Positions 24,606-38,695 of a DNA stretch of 64,000 nt are shown one piece after another. The stretch spans positions 24,800,001 to 24,864,000 of the forward strand of contig OZ004613.1 in assembly GCA_963924565.1 (NCBI GenBank). The letters run 5' to 3'. The stretch comes from Ascidiella aspersa. Taxonomy: Eukaryota. The stretch's first letter is position 1. Every line of letters starts with the position of its first letter. The notes beneath the pieces are model-generated. The model made no database searches. It saw nothing but the letters and a program-made list of their open reading frames with translations, and was not told where the DNA came from. The translations under genes were made by a program, and so were the position numbers.

Positions 24606-25899
24606 AAAAAGAATCTTCTCATCCCCGTCTCCGGTCGCGGGTTGCCGGACGGTTGTTCGTTGCACTCATAAAATACTCTTAAACATAAAAACGCCATTTT
24701 CTTCAAGACAGAAAAAAATGGCTGTTTCTATTTAAGTATTGCACACGCTTAAGACGCGATTTTACTCGGCAATAAAGAGTATACTTCCCCAATGATTGTT
24801 TCAAATCATCGGCTATAAAGGGTTGGTAAAACCGCAGCTTTCGGGTGGCATGCGACTCTTTCATTTAGATTTCATTTTTTAGGTTGTTTTCTGTCAATTC
24901 TCGTATGCATTTAGCCCTGTATTGTTAATTTGTCTAACAAATTGTCTAAATGTAGCCTACGCAATATTGTTTGTGTGCAGTTTTTTATAGTAAGTCTGCT
25001 GAACAAAGGTATGTGTCCGAGTGCGAAAAAAACATGATATTTATTTCTGTCAATGTATAATGTTTGACTCTTTGCGGTTAACCAAGTTAAAAATATGTCT
25101 ATTGGTCTTTAACTTTTTGGCCACCCCTAAAGGCAATAATATGGTGATCGCGTCTACCCTATTTGTAATGACATTATAAACTAAGGCTCGACACAGCGCA
25201 CAACACTGCTTTACGAAGTTATATTATAATTTTAAATTCTACACTGTTTTGGCAAAACGCAAAATTAAAAAAAAATGTTTTAGGACAAAGAAATTAATTT
25301 TACTATTTACACTCAATTAATTATAGCACGACGGTGGATTAAATGTGGCTTTTACATAGGCCGTATCCTTATAACGTGTTATATTATTGTGGGTAGAGGG
25401 TGGATCCAGAATTTTAAATTGGGGGCATAAAAAGTTATAGGAATTGCGTTAAAAAGTTACGTCATATCGTGACGTTGCAAAACAAGTAATCTCAAAAAAA
25501 CTATTGTTCTCAAACGAACAGTGCACAAAATACAACTCTAATCCAGTGTAATCGCGTAATGCGCTAAAAAATTAGCACAACAGTTATTTAAAAGGAGACG
25601 TGACGCCAAAATTAAAAAAACTCTCCAATTATGCTCGAAATAATCATTTAAAGTCTAATTTAACAAAAATTGCGCTTTGTAAATCTGAGGCAAACTTCGC
25701 ATTACCAAAGTATGCGTCTTGGGCTGAATGGTTTTCTTAAAACGGACAAAGTATAGTAACACATTAATAGAATTTCGAGCAAATAGCAGATTTTTTTTGT
25801 ATATAGATAGTCAGAGTAGCAAATAACATAGTAGTTTTATTTTTTGCATTATGTAAAAATTTAACTTTTTCGCGAACGCTTTACCACCGCATCCTTGAA

Positions 25900-26480
25900 T
25901 GTATTCCACATACCACAATAATACCTACATGGCAAACAATATTGGAACATAATAATACCTACATGACAACAATATTTAAAGCAGAATAATCTATAATACC
26001 ATAGTATTAAATCCAACGACATAGTAATATTCAATACATAATGAGTTAAATCGCCTAACCAAGACCCAAATCTGTCGGAATACGTCATAAATTAATCAGA
26101 ATAAGGCCTAAATGGCCTAAATAACGCCCGAATCTGCAGGTAGAGGGTATGGGACGATCAGAGGCCGATGCCGTCAGGACGTCGCTATTTTTGGCACTGC
26201 TTGGGTTATTGGGGGTAATGATAGGGGTTAGAAATTAAGTTAGGGTTACAATTTTTTTTTTTTAAGTTAGTGCTGTAATTAAAGGTAAGGCTTGGGGTTG
26301 GGTAAAATGTTGTATAGGCCTGATTCTGTCCATTTAGATCTTATTCCAGCGAATTTAGAACTTATTGTGATTTGGACGTTATTACCACTATAGTATAGTC
26401 CTATTTTGGTCTTATTCCGAATTGTGTTTTATTCTGACGTTGATGTGGTTCTTATATAGGTCTTATGAGTTTTTCCTACT
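25900..26480. mobile_element. Second copy of the fold-back-like family
   Basis: Collinear with 30880-31690 but without the expanded array. Confidence 0.6.
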
Positions 26481-26925
26481 TTTTAGTTAAACAATTGCAC
26501 AAAACTTCGACCGAAAATATATGTTGTTGTGCTAAGATCAATGTTTTTTTCCAGATATAAACCTTTAACAACATATTAATAACCTTGTACACCTCACAAA
26601 TAGAAATGCACAGAAACTTAATATATAAAGTGACGTCTCAAATTTACGTCACAACGTGATGCAATAACACGAGTAACCGTACGAACATTATGTTCTCGCA
26701 ACTAAAGAATTCGAGTCCAAATACATTTAAAGAGGAAAAGCATTCGCGCGAAGCAAATTTTTTGCATTTACTAGATATGCCAATATATTGAGCACTTAAG
26801 ACAGGATTAATGCACTTTGTACGCCTAAAAATTGCAAATTATTTCAAAGAAAGCAGTTAACTTGGTCGTATGCCCAAAATAAATAAATTGTTTTGTAAGC
26901 CAAATCTGTGAACCGTCCTTTAAGT

Positions 26926-28224
26926 CAGGGGTGGGCAATTATTTTTAACCGCGGGCCACATGAGAAACTTAAAATGTTGTCGCGGGCCGGGTCAAAAAAG
27001 AGGATCTCAAATGCACGTAATATGACGTCATACTACGACGCTAAAAAATAAATTAGCTAACGAACTTGTTATTACGTTAGGAGTAGTGAGCAAATGTTCA
27101 ATTTATGTCGAATTTAAAACAAAGGAAAAAAATGTGACTAGGCCTATAGGCTATTTCAGTGTTTCTTAACCTTTTTTACTTGGGCGCACCTTTTACTTTG
27201 GCGCACCTACATTTTTTTATTATATAGGTTTTATATATAGTTGCATATCTTTAAAGGGACTCCAGCCTTTAAAACTAAAAACCTTATTTTGTCCATTTAA
27301 GTCTTGTCCCGATTAACTTTGGACTTAGTTCGTGTTTAGGTCTTATTTAGACTATTTTAGATCTTATTCCGTCGTGGTTATTACTGCGAGTATGGCGTTA
27401 TTATGTCGGTGATCTCAATAGGTCTACTATGGTAGCCGCGGCGCACCTGGCAGCCTTCTGCGCCGCGGCGCACCGGTTGAGAAACGCTGGGCTATTTGTT
27501 AAAACGAAAATTTTAATTTAGACATAGAGGGGTACGTCAAGCACTGAGCACAGATAAAAAATGTACATTGCTTGAAATATTGGCGTTTATCAAGTTGTGG
27601 GTCGAGTTGATTAAGGTTAAATACGTAAAAATTTCCCACAAAAAACTTACAATGTTTTTTGGCTTTTGAGGCTTAAGTTACCGATGTGTTATACTTTGGT
27701 GCAATGGCCATATTGAAAAGAAGGCATAAATCGGGAGAAATACACAATATGGCATTAACTAAATTTGGCTGACAAACGTGAATTTGTATGTTTCAGAGTT
27801 TAGAAAACGGCATGTATTTCGTCCATATTTTAAAGTCGGAATACATTCGAAAGCAGCGCAATATATCTATATATATTAGGGTTAAGTTTGTTAAACTTTT
27901 GTTGGAGAAAGTGCCACAGTGCAGAGGACGCTTTTAATCTGTAAATATGGGCAAATAATTTGTGGAAGATACGAAAAAGACAGAAAAAAAAAAAAGATTC
28001 GCGCGAAGCGCGAAAAAAAAATCATTTTAATCTTTAAAACAGGCTTAAAATAGAGTTTGGATCCGTCCCTAGAAATGGTGTTAACGATACAACACAACTA
28101 AACATGTAGAAATTCCCCCTTGTTTTCGCTCGGCTTATGTATTTTAAGAAAACTAAGCCGCGGGCCGGATTAAACTGCCTGGCGGGCCGGATCCGGCCCG
28201 CGGGCCTTATGTTGCCCAGGTCTG
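26926..28224. mobile_element. hAT non-autonomous element
   Basis: TIR CAGGGGTGGGCAA / TTGCCCAGGTCTG; subterminal GCGGGCCG motifs; TSD CTTTAAGT. Confidence 0.9.
27157..27489. mobile_element. Nested hAT MITE
   Basis: TIR CAGTGTTTCTTAACC / GGTTGAGAAACGCTG; TSD GGCTATTT. Confidence 0.9.
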
Positions 28225-28338
28225 CTTTAAGTTATAATACTGAAACACTATATTCGAGAAAAACCAGAATAAAGTGCAATTTAAAAGGAATATGGTTGGC
28301 ATATAAAATAAATTAAAAAACACTCCATTGCTTTTGAT

Positions 28339-28926
28339 CAGGGAGTCGAACCGGAACCGAACCGGAACTTTATGAACCGGTTTTGGGTCAATTTTTTCCG
28401 AACCGTAACCGAACCTGAATCGGTTTTTATAAGATTTTAAGAATCGGAACTGAACCGAATAATTTGAAAGTACCTGAACCTTAACTGAACCCGAACCTGT
28501 AAACAAAAGCGGTTCGCTCCAGCATGACGTCACAACTTCTATTTTACCGAGTCAAGTTACGCGATGTTCGAAATTTTGTGAAAAAAATATGAATATTGAA
28601 TAAAAAATTCGTTCATTTTTTATTTTTTAGATATTTCAATATTAAGTTGGTGTTTTTTTAGTAAGTCACGGAACTTAGATTAAATGACTTACAATTTAAA
28701 CATTATTCTCTACATTTGTCGACCCACATTTTGAGATTTAGCGCAAATTTTATTGTATCTGAACCGGAACTTTATGAACCGGTTTTGAAATAACGATGTT
28801 CGAACCGGAGCTGAACCGGAACTTTTAAATTACTCCGAACCGAAACCGGAACTGAACCGGATTCCGAAAAAATCCTTGAACCCGAACCGAACCTGAACCG
28901 GAAAAGTCAAACGGTTCGACTCCCTG
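28339..28926. mobile_element. hAT MITE with GAACCG subterminal repeats
   Basis: TIR CAGGGAGTCGAACCG; TSD CTTTTGAT/CTTTTAAT. Confidence 0.9.
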
Positions 28927-29519
28927 CTTTTAATACATTTGCACAAACTAAATTAAAGTAAAATAAGTCCTACAAATCGTATGCTCGTACCACAAATAAA
29001 TGGGAATTCTTCACAAACAGTGAAAGATAGACACACACATACGTGCACAACAACTGTCATCTATAGCCTTCCCAAAGCTGCTTTCTTATCAACGACCACA
29101 GCCCAGGTATTATAGTAGGCCTACACCGAAGCCATAGTAGACCAAACAGTTTCTTATAAACAATTTGCAATTTAGACGTACCAAGTGAAATAGTTGACGT
29201 TAACTGTCTTTAAAGCCAAAGTTTTTTGTCGATTTTAGTCGAAAAAGCCTAACTGCGCCAACTTTTAATCAATTATTATACTGTAAGGTCAACAAGATAC
29301 ACACAAGGCATATATAGTTTAAGGAAACAACACCCGTTTACTATGCCACTGTTTTCTGAACCAAGTGTATTTAGGTATATAAAACAAACGAAAATTTGGT
29401 ATTTAATAAGCCTTAAATAAAATAGTCATAAGTTCCATGTTTGTACGATTTTTTGAGACGAATTTACCCACTATAATGTATTCTATGCATTAAAATAGTA
29501 AGTAAATTTTAATTACGTT

Positions 29520-29990
29520 TCAGCTATGAGGTAACAATGGCTTCATAAAGTGCAAAAAAATCAATTAATAATAGAAGTTAACAAACCTGTTACCAAATCT
29601 CGTTTCCAACGAGATTAGTTAAAACAGTGAATTATTATAAGGCTATACAGTTATCTAATGTTTTAGTTCATTTTATATGTAATTATTTCTATTGATTAAA
29701 ATAGACGAGTGATATTTTTGGTAATATTCATTATATTCCTAAACCGAAAAATGTTGAGAAAACTAGTTACAGTCAATTGCCAGGTCTTACCTTGGATCGT
29801 TGCATTTTTTGAATGATGTTCGGAATAAAAATAACTCCCAAATATTTCAAAATTTGCTTTAAATTGTTGCAATTTATATTCGTATATATTTTTGCAAATA
29901 AAATGCGAATACCATGTCAAAAAATATGTACATAGATATCAAATCATCTATTGTTACATAACAATGCACATTGATGACGAATTTACGTGA
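29520..29990 (-). pseudogene. Orphan 5' fragment of the gene family (exon 1 MQRSK plus upstream and intron sequence)
   Basis: ATGCAACGATCCAAG|gtaag at 29805-29791; flanks resemble 23100-23780; exon 2 is absent. Confidence 0.6.
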
Positions 29991-30879
29991 ACTTAGTTTA
30001 AAAAAATTGTGCATATAGTTTTTCGTTTAATTTTCTTCCTAGAAATGAATTTGTCACTAAATTTAGTCAGATTATGCAAATTGTAAAACATAAGAATAGG
30101 AATAAATTGGAATTTTTTTATAACACAACAACAGAGATTTTAAATTACTTGTTTATAGCACTGCGAAGTACATAAAATAAATCAGAAACCAGGAATTCGG
30201 ATAAATAAATACATGTTTTATTTATATCACGTTGGTGACCTGTACCGACTAGTTTCAGGTTGTTTTATACGCTAGCTTTGGTTCGAAATACACTTGGGTA
30301 TTCACAGTATAATAGGCTACCAGGCTGAAGAGCTATTATAAAAGGCCCAACATGCAGTTACTTACCGATAGTCATCCAATAAGGATAAACATATTGCCAC
30401 ATTCCTTCCAAAAACCACGTTTCGATTTGTGACTGTTTGTTGTAAACGTTTTGTAACTAAGAAGTGTGTTGAAAACCAATAACGCGGCAGCAAATTTCGA
30501 TGCAACGTGTTAATTGCCCACGCCGCTGCCTTGATTGTTAGCCCTGTGGATAATCAGTAGCTTAATCTTCGCGCCACGAACTGCTACAATTTTGTCTTTC
30601 GCACTTTACTTTAATTAATTATTTAAGTTCAATCTCATATTATAGAGATTGATAAGTAGAATGCTACAGAAAAATTGTTGTATTTCAAATAAAGCGTATA
30701 TAGGCATACTCACAAGCTGAGGTCGACAAGTTTATTGAGTTTCAGTTTTCTAATTCATTGAATTAGAGCAAAATGCGGCTAATTGTAATTCTAATCTAAT
30801 TTATGAATTGTCTGTGTGCTCTAATTCTAGTTCTAATCTAATTCGGATTTTTCCAAAACTGCTACTTTGTCCAACGACA

Positions 30880-31690
30880 TTTTTAGGGGAACACACAATA
30901 AGACCTAAAAAGCAACAATACCAAAAGCACCAAAATCTATAAAACCATAGTATTAAGACCAACGGCATAATAAAGCCAAATACGCAGTAATTTCTAGTAC
31001 AGCATAATATCAAAATCGTCTGAATAAGACCTAAATATGTCGGAATAAGGTCTAAATTCATCGGAATAAGGCCTAAATTCATCGGAATAAAGACTAAATT
31101 CATTGAAATCAGTCCTAAATTCATAGGAATAATGCCCAAATTCATCGGAATAAGACCCAAATTCATCGGAATAAGGCCTAAATTCATCGGAATAAGTCCT
31201 AAATTATTGGGAATAAGGCCTAAATGCATCGGAAAAAGGCCTAAATGGACAAAATAACCCCCGAACCTGTAGGTAAAAAGCATGGGACGATCGGGGGCCA
31301 TCGGACTGGCATCGGCCCTTTTGGTGACTACGTTTGGACGCCCTAGTCTGACCGGCGCCGTCAGGGCGCCGCTGTTTTGGCACCGGATTTTTGGTCCTGT
31401 TTGGGATTATTGGTGGGGAATGGGTTAGATTAGAAAATGGGTTAGTGTTGAAATTATTAGGGGAGTTAGTGATGTACTTAGGGGTGGGGTTTGGGGTTGG
31501 TTAAAGTGTTGTTTAGGCCTGATTCTGACTTTTTAGGTCTTATTCCGAAGGATTTAAGACTTATTCAGATTTAGACGGTACTAGTACCATTAGGTATAAG
31601 TCCTATTTTGGCCTTATTCCCAATTGTGTTTTATTCTGACGTTGGTGTTGTTCTTGTCTCGGTGTTATATCTGGAGTCCATTTTTAGTCA
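30880..31690. mobile_element. Fold-back/MITE-like interspersed repeat with a 21-bp internal tandem array
   Basis: Unit GGAATAAGGCCTAAATTCATC at ~31020-31250; complementary AGGTCTTATTCC motifs in the right half; related copies at ~25900-26480, ~41570-41960 and ~21750-21960. Confidence 0.7.
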
Positions 31691-32270
31691 CTTAGTTGAA
31701 ACACAGAATTTAAATTAAAACCCTTTGGTTGGAACGACTTATATGTAATTTTTACTGTCTAAAAAGCATAAAAAGGCTTAAAAACTAGCACACACATATT
31801 TACCATTCACATTCTTATAAGAATACTTTGCGATTAATTTAAATTGGTTGTATGTGATTCTAGTTCAAATTCTAGTTGAAATTTTTTTTAGGAATTCGGT
31901 AATTCTAATTCTAATCTAATTTGAAAAAACTCAAAACAATTTAATTTAGAAAAACTAAAATGCTCTAATTTTAATTCTAATCTAATTTTGAAAAGCTAAA
32001 ATAAATCTAGTTGTCCCTTTAAAACAGTCTACAGGTACACTCTGTTAACAAAGCTTGCATTAAATAAGAGTGGTAAACTGCTACGTCATCACAGAACAGC
32101 GTGTTCATTTTAGGCTATTAGGCCATCTGTTCTTAACCTATGGGCACACAAGTGGGTAATTGAGGATAACCGGTGGGTAATCAGCTGAACCAGAATATTT
32201 AGAATTATAGATGTAACTGTAAGTGGCAAACTTGCTTTATAACTTTTTTGATGTTTTAAAACCGTTTAAA

Positions 32271-32886
32271 CAGGGGTCGGCAACCTTTTTCTAAGCGCGG
32301 GCCAAAACCAAACTCAGAAAGGTCTTTGCGGGCCGCACAAAATGCTAATTGGGAATTGTTGTATTAAAATGTTAGAACAACTGTAAATCAGGCGGGGCTC
32401 GGATATTTTTTGCACTTAAAAACGTGTTTAATTACATTTACAGAGGCAGTTAAGTGTTGACGCATCTAGCTCAGTGTCAGTGCTTGTTTTTCGCATTTTA
32501 AGTCAAAGCGCATCTATCGAGCGAGGCGAGCGAGTCTATTTTGGGGGTATACCGATATTTCTTTCAATTTCTTGGAAGTTTGTATTACATTAACGAAATT
32601 AAAAAATAAAATAATGTTTAAACATATATGTCCAACATTTTTTAATACGTTTTCCGTTTTTGCTCGACGCACTTGGCAGCCTTCCAAGACGCACCGGTAA
32701 AAAATCGCTGATATAGTTGAAAACGTAGCATAAAAACGTAAACAAACGGAACCCAGAATAAACTTTCGCGCGAAGCGCGAACATTTTTCACCATTACTCA
32801 ATAGTTAAGTTAAAATAGTCAAACAGTTTGTGAAATAGACTCGTGTCTAAGATTTACATCGGCGCGCAGTAGGTTGCCGTCCTCTG
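32271..32886. mobile_element. hAT MITE (duplicated at 34368-34983), nested in an older hAT at ~32124-33224
   Basis: TIR CAGGGGTCGGCAACC / GGTTGCCGTCCTCTG; GTTTAAA on both flanks. Confidence 0.8.
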
Positions 32887-35800
32887 GTTTAAAACAACCA
32901 AACAAGCACAGTGATATTTTTCTTTTTAAAAAATGTTTCGTCATAGTGTTTGCCTTTAAATCAAAATCGCGAAACAAGCTGTTTGGTTTGGAGTTGTGCA
33001 GTATCTAAAATCGAACTTTGCATCAATTGTATACAAAAACAACAGCAAATGTCTTACTGCACTATTGATTTTGTTCTTGAAATTAAACCTTGTTTTCGTT
33101 AAATAACGCTGTTTTATATTTTCAGTATGGCAAAATACCAAAATAGATAAAATTAGACTTTGGGTATTGGGACTTTGATCTTGACAGAAATGGGTTAATA
33201 AGCGTAACATGGTTAAGAACCCCTGTGCTAGGCAGATTGTAACCTTGTCTGTATGTTTATCTGTAAAACCAAAAATGCATTGTTTATATACCAATATTGT
33301 TAAAAGTTTTGTAGCACAATTTTACGGATCTTAACACATGTGTACAGTGGCACACGACTGGCATAAGGCAGGTCACCAAACTGCGGCACGCCGAGACCCG
33401 CAGTTCGTTGAAATGTCGAATACAATTCAAACTAGAATTAGACAAAATTGTATACTGTATGGCAATTTATTCAGATTCACTACAGTTTTTATTGCATATT
33501 ATAGTTTCTTTCTTTTCGCTGAACGGTAATTGCCCAAAAAAAGTTTTGCCTATTTTACCAAACAAACGCATTTTTTTTTAGCTTCACGCCATTATGGTAC
33601 GTTTTGCGCAGAAAAAAATTGGTATATGTATACTTTTTACGTTATTTCAGAAAATTTGAATACCGCCCTCCAAATCACCGATCAGCCCCGAGTTATCACT
33701 AGCGTTCTTATTTTTTTGGATTAGCGTGCTTATATTGTGTTTTAGCAGATGGTAACCCTGCCTATAAAGCAAGCGTAACTAAAGCGCAATGATTTAAAAT
33801 ACTATATATTTGCAAGAAAACGGCATAAAAAACTAAACAAATAGTGATATCTACGACGTAGTCGGCACGCAGTAAAAAACAGTGTATTCACAATGCAATA
33901 AACGAAATAGTGTGCAATAAAACATTAGTTAGGATCTGATATCTAACAATTTTTTTGTAAGCAAGCCTTTCAATTTGAAATATCAAGGAATAAATTACCA
34001 TATTTGTGCGAAAACGGAGTAAAAAGGGACTGTTGTCCAGTTCCAATGAAAAAAGTGAATGATCAATATTCACTACAAAAAATAAATATTTGTTGTTTTT
34101 TATTAGGCCATACCATTTTTAGATGCAAGAAGGCTCATACGACCCAAACGAGGATACGATCTCGCATAGCTGGCCAGAACACGTAAGGTTTAATTCGTAA
34201 CTATAATAATGCACTTAACGCTAGAATATTGGGATATTTTTATCCATTTTAATAAGATAACAACATAAAGAAACTAAATACGCAGTAATATGATTGATAT
34301 CTACGATTTAGTTGGCACACAGCAAAAAAACGATGTATTGAACCATGCCTTAAACGACATATTTGTGCAGGGGTCGGCAACCTTTTTCTAAGCGCGGGCC
34401 AAAACCAAACTCAGAAAGGTCTTTGCGGGCCGCACAAAATGCTAATTGGGAATTGTTGTATTAAAATGTTAGAACAACTGTAAATCAGGCGGGGCTCGGA
34501 TATTTTTTGCACTTAAAAACGTGTTTAATTACATTTACAGAGGCAGTTAAGTGTTGACGCATCTAGCTCAGTGTCAGTGCTTGTTTTTCACATTTTAAGT
34601 CAAAGCGCATCTATCGAGCGAGGCGAGCGAGTCTATTTTGGGGGTATACCGATATTTCTTTCAATTTCTTGGAAGTTTGTATTACATTAACGAAATTAAA
34701 AAATAAAATAATGTTTAAACATATATGTCCAACATTTTTTAATACGTTTTCCGTTTTTGCTCGACGCACTTGGCAGCCTTCCAAGACGCACCGGTAAAAA
34801 ATCGCTGATATAGTTGAAAACGTAGCATAAAAACGTAAACAAACGGAACCCAGAATAAACTTTCGCGCGAAGCGCGAACATTTTTCACCATTACTCAATA
34901 GTTAAGTTAAAATAGTCAAACAGTTTGTGAAATAGACTCGTGTCTAAGATTTACATCGGCGCGCAGTAGGTTGCCGTCCTCTGGTTTAAAACAACCAAAC
35001 AAGCACAGTGATATTTTTCTTTTTAAAAAATGTTTCGTCATAGTGTTTGCCTTTAAATCAAAATCGCGAAACAAGCTGTTTGGTTTGGAGTTGTGCAGTA
35101 TCTAAAATCGAACTTTGCATCAATTGTATACAAAAACAACAGCAAATGTCTTACTGCACTATTGATTTTGTTCTTGAAATTAAACCTTGTTTTCGTTAAA
35201 TAACGCTGTTTTATATTTTCAGTATGGCAAAATACCAAAATAGATAAAATTAGACTTTGGGTATTGGGACTTTGATCTTGACAGAAATGGGTTAATAAGC
35301 GTAACATGGTTAAGAACCCCTGTGCTAGGCAGATTGTAACCTTGTCTGTATGTTTATCTGTAAAACCAAAAATGCATTGTTTATATACCAATATTGTTAA
35401 AAGTTTTGTAGCACAATTTTACGGATCTTAACACATGTGTACAGTGGCACACGACTGGCATAAGGCAGGTCACCAAACTGCGGCACGCCGAGACCCGCAG
35501 TTCGTTGAAATGTCGAATACAATTCAAACTAGAATTAGACAAAATTGTATACTGTATGGCAATTTATTCAGATTCACTACAGTTTTTATTGCATATTATA
35601 GTTTTTTTCTTTTCGCTGAACGGTAATTGCCCAAAAAAAGTTTTGCCTATTTTACCAAACAAACGCATTTCTTTTTAGCTTCACGCCATTATGGTACGTT
35701 TTGCGCAGAAAAAAATTGGTATATGTATACTTTTTACGTTATTTCTGAAAATTTGAATACCGCCCTCCAAATCACCGATCAGCCCCGAGTTATCACTAGC

Positions 35801-36463
35801 GTTCTTATTTTTTTGGATTAGCGTGCTTATATTGTGTTTTAGCAGATGGTAACCCTGCCTATAAAGCAAGCGTAACTAAAGCGCAATGATTTAAAATACT
35901 ATATATTTGCAAGAAAACGGCATAAAAAACTAAACAAACAGTGATATCTACGCCGTAGTCGGCACGCAGTAAAAAACAGTGTATTCACAATGCAATAAAC
36001 GAAATATTGTGCAATAAAACATTAGTTAGGATCTGATATCTAACAATTTTTTTGTAAGCAAGCCTTTCAATTTGAAATATCAAGGAATAAATTACCATAT
36101 TTGTGCGAAAACGGAGTAAAAAGGGACTGTTGTCCAGTTCCAATAAAAAAAGTGAATGATCAATATTCACTACAAAAAATAAATATTTGTTGTTTTTTAT
36201 TAGGCCATACCATTTTTAGATGCAAGAAGGCTCATACGACCCAAACGAGGATACGATCTCGCATAGCTGGCCAGAACACGTAAGGTTTAATTCGTAACTA
36301 TAATAATGCACTTAACGCTAGAATATTGGGATATTTTTATCCATTTTAATAAGATAACAACATAAAGAAACTAAATACGCAGTAATATGATTGATATCTA
36401 CGATTTAGTTGGCACACAGCAAAAAAACGATGTATTGAACCATGCCTTAAACGACATATTGTG
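32271..36463 (+). repeat. 2097-bp tandem direct duplication
   Basis: 32271-34367 is nearly identical to 34368-36463; ORF track entries repeat at +2097. Confidence 0.95.
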
Positions 36464-38050
36464 CAATAAAACATAAGTTACGATTTGATGTCAAATTTTT
36501 CGTAAGCACGACTTTAAATTTGAAATATCAAGGAATAAGTTACCATATTTGTTCGAAAACAGAGTAAAATGGAACTGCTGTCCAGTTCCAATGAAAAAAG
36601 TGAATGATCAATATCCATTACAAAAACTAAATATTTGTTGTTTTTTATTAGGCCATACCATTTTTAGATGCAAGAAGGCTCATACGACTTAAATGATGAT
36701 ACAATCTCGTATACCTGGTCAGAACACGTAAGGTTCATTTTGTAACTTTAATAATGCAAGTAACGCTATTTTATTGGGATGTTTATTTACCATAATAATA
36801 AAATAAATATAAAGATACCAAATATGCAGTGATATTTTCAACGGAATCGGCATACAGTAAAAAAAAACAATGTATTGAATCATGCCTTAAACGAAATATT
36901 GTGCAATAAAACATTAGTTATAATTTCATGTCTAACAATGTTTTGTAAGCAAGGCTTTTAAATTGAAATATCAAGGAATAAAAAATGTGCGCAACAGAGT
37001 AAAAAGACTGCTTTGTCGTTCCAATAAAACAATAGAATATAATTGATATTCACTACAAAAATCTAAATATTTGTTGCGCTTTCATACGGCCATACATTTT
37101 TAGATGCAAGAAGGCTCATACAACTTAAATGATGATACAATTTTGCATACCTGGCAAAAATTCGTATAAGGTTTAATTCGTAACTTTAAAAGTGCAGTTA
37201 ACGCTATAATATTGGGACACTTTTATGTTTTATTTGCTTTGTAAAATTCTTGTAACTATATGAGAATTTATATAACCGTTGAAATATATTTAATTTAACT
37301 TATAACGGACTTTCGGTCATGTCTGCGAGACTGTGACCCATACCGTAATGGTAATGTTACCCTTTGTGTATCTAATGTGAAACACAGGTAAAGATGCGCC
37401 TGTCGACGTCCGGCCATTCCCAGCAGCCGATTCAGCATCACCGCAGCAGCCAAAGGTAAACTCTATACTATAACCACCTTACCCATACATTTATAACAAT
37501 ATAAATTTATTAGAAATATTCGTCTGTTGAGGCGGCATCCGTTCCTGCCGACCATTCCGCGGCCATTGCCGCCTCGGAAGAAATTGGTGTGGCGCCGGTC
37601 GACGTCGGCCATTCCGCAGCCATTGCCGTCTTGAGCGAAGTCTGTGAGGAGCCGGTGGACGTCGGCCATTCCGCAGCAGCCGATTCAGGCACACAAAAAC
37701 ACCAAAGTTCGTCTATTGAGGCGGCATCCGCTCCTGCCGACTATTCCGCGACCATTGCCGCCTGTGAGGAAAGTGATGTGGCGCCGGTCGACGTCGGCCA
37801 TTCCACTGCCCTTGCCGCCTCTAAAGAAATTGGTGCGGCGCCTCTCAACGCCGTCCATTCCGCGACCGTTCCGTCGATGCACGACCTAAACTTTTGTCTG
37901 TCTGCGACAATTTGGACGCCTTCATCGTTGGGGCTGCATAAGCATTACTAAAGCCCGAAAAATAAATATGTCAAGCTGCCATTTCGATGCGTACCTGTTT
38001 CTGTCGGACAATCCGCGGCCGCCGATCAAGGCACAGCGAAGCAGAACAAC
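34123..38050 (+). pseudogene. Inverted, diverged paralog of the same gene, probably degenerate
   Basis: Four 60-nt AG/GT-bounded exons (34123-34182 and 36220-36279 MQEGSYDPNEDTISHSWPEH; 36668-36727; 37104-37163) homologous to the MQEG..WPEY exon. APVDV repeat segments at 37388-37455 (68 nt, out of phase) and from 37514. The helix remnant CDNLDAFIVGAA* (37903-37941) is frameshifted and stopped. No terminal exon found. Confidence 0.65.
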
Positions 38051-38371
38051 GTACATTCTATACAATAACCCCTATCCATCACGTAACATTTCTCTAAAAT
38101 AAAAAATGCGTTTATTTGGTTAAATTGGCAAAAATTTGTATTTATGAGGAGGCGTGGCGCCTTAGGCTAGGGACAACACGCTTTTTTCATCGAGGACCAG
38201 ATGATTGCAAGTCGTGACCATCGGCGACCTGCTAACTCTTAGAATTCACCACCGTGGGCTGATAATAACATTTGTTGGACGTTTATTAACTTAATTACCG
38301 TTAGCAAAGAAAAGAATTACGCAAAAAGAAAAACTGTAGTGAGCTTAATAAATTGTCATAAGGTTTAAAGT

Positions 38372-38513
38372 TGAAACATATGTACACACATATATGTGTG
38401 CTTACAACTGAGATCTAGCCTTTCTGAAGCTGCTTTTCTAGCCCTTCTGAAGCAGCTTCAGAAAGGCTAGATCTCAGTTGTAAGCACACATATATGTGTG
38501 TACATATGTTTCA
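38372..38513. repeat. Perfect 64-bp inverted repeat with a 14-nt spacer
   Basis: Arms 38372-38435 and 38450-38513. Confidence 0.95.
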
Positions 38514-38620
38514 TTGTATTATGATATGATACTGGCGATCCCCTTCGTTATGAAGCTGCTTGTACTAACAGATTGAGCAAGCATTGACGTATGGTTGTTT
38601 CTCGACTCGTTCCCTTCTGA

Positions 38621-38695
38621 GCCTGCATAGCTCAGTTGGTAGAGCGACGGTCCCGGCTTGACCGGAGGTCGTGAGTTCGAACCTCACTGCAGGCT
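38621..38695 (+). tRNA. tRNA-like sequence (pseudo-tRNA or SINE head), isotype unassignable
   Basis: Acceptor GCCTGCA/TGCAGGC, D arm GCTC/GAGC with A box, T arm GTGAG-TTCGAAC-CTCAC. The anticodon arm is 2 nt too long and its loop CCGGCTT lacks U33. Confidence 0.65.

Noticed and set aside
24056-24682. ORFs across and beside the gap
   Set aside because: Artefacts of Ns and palindromic repeats.
27530-27940. Similarity to gene intron sequence at ~19870-20165 and ~59255-59560
   Set aside because: Lies inside a hAT element, so it is shared TE sequence rather than another paralog.
30801-31301. 166-aa ORF with LGLIPMN repeats
   Set aside because: Translation of a 21-bp array inside an interspersed repeat.
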